64,000 nt of DNA. Origin: Eledone cirrhosa (taxonomy: Eukaryota). How positions within the stretch are numbered: the first letter of the stretch is position 1; each line of letters starts with the position of its first letter. Below, piece after piece: positions 63,232 to 64,000 of the stretch. A model generated the notes under the pieces. The model saw only the letters and a list, made by a program, of their open reading frames with translations. It had not been told where the DNA came from and made no database searches. The stretch is taken from the NCBI GenBank assembly GCA_964016885.1, contig OZ024751.1, positions 32,798,001 to 32,862,000 of the forward strand, in the 5' to 3' direction. The position numbers and the translations under genes are program-made.

Positions 63232-64000
63232 ATATATATATTGGTTATTGTTCAAATATAGGTTAGAGGAACTATTCATTTAGAACTGAACATCCTTAGA
63301 GCTCCAGTAGTTACTATTGATATCTCACATTCACCATATACCTGATATCTTTAGCCTACGTTCTGAGACATTCCTTATATTCTTCAATCCCTTATGACCT
63401 TCCCCATCGCTACTTTATATGGTAAATATCGAAAATAAAACATTATTGACAACCGTAAAATCGATTTGAAATCCCATTCCAAAATTCGACTTTACCTTTC
63501 AGTTTCTGTTTATATCCGAAATATCTCGAGTCGTCAGTAGTTTATAGAAACTTCCACTACATACTTTGAATACTAATCTTGAGATGGACGTTGGAGAGAA
63601 CTGTATCAGTTCAGGTTTTATATTTAGTTAGAACTAACATTGTTGTTTTTCTTGCTGTGTAGCAGATCAAACCAAACTTCAGTAGAGTTAGAAAGTGTTC
63701 TAACCAAGCCGACCTCATCTTACATTTCGTTTATTCTGTCACTGTAACCAGAACTTAATTTTAGATAGTGTTATTCTTTTATGCAATTTCGAGGGAGATT
63801 TGGTTGTTATTTCAAGCAGTTTGATTTATCCTAAATTAGCTCCTTTATTGTTCACTTAGTTGGCTTATCTGGATATTGGGAAATAAACTTGATGGTCTCG
63901 ACTGAATCGACCTAGAGCATATGTCAGTTCGATTAGGGAAGATCTGAGACAAATCAACAACAACCATTATAGGAGGTCAGGTGACCTGCAGGGAAAAGCA

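Noticed and set aside
63480-63545. Minus-strand CTGACGA...GAAAC...GTC
   Set aside because: Stems I and II do not pair adequately

Overview
Eukaryotic, repeat-rich subtelomere plus telomere. The TTAGGG telomere, Nin-type tRNA-SINEs, abundant RTE LINE relics and (TA)n/(CA)n tracts suggest a mollusc, probably an octopus (inference). No intact protein-coding gene is supported. 1-22.5 kb is a mosaic of decayed RTE, L1/Tx1 and R4/Dong LINEs, Helitrons, SINEs, microsatellites and orphan exon copies, including an AFG3L2-like exon. It also holds at least four complete type-I hammerhead ribozyme motifs (7697, 8084, 10360, 20983) and several truncated ones, in Penelope pseudo-LTR/retrozyme-like units; one lies in a 208-nt tandem monomer. 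22.5-26.5 kb is a 4-kb TATTA/TG minisatellite. 26.6-48.1 kb holds about 4.4 tandem copies of a 4-5.5 kb block with patchwork ancestry and in-window filled/empty insertion sites. 48.1-50.1 kb has a telomere-facing promoter/first-exon-like segment and an AT-rich foldback region. 50.1-60.9 kb is a ~9.3-kb (TTAGGG)n array with proximal variants that decays distally into G-rich noise. A 200-N gap and 2.9 kb of unrelated sequence follow, suggesting a mis-join or an interstitial telomere. All structures were read by eye; no searches or folding programs were run.
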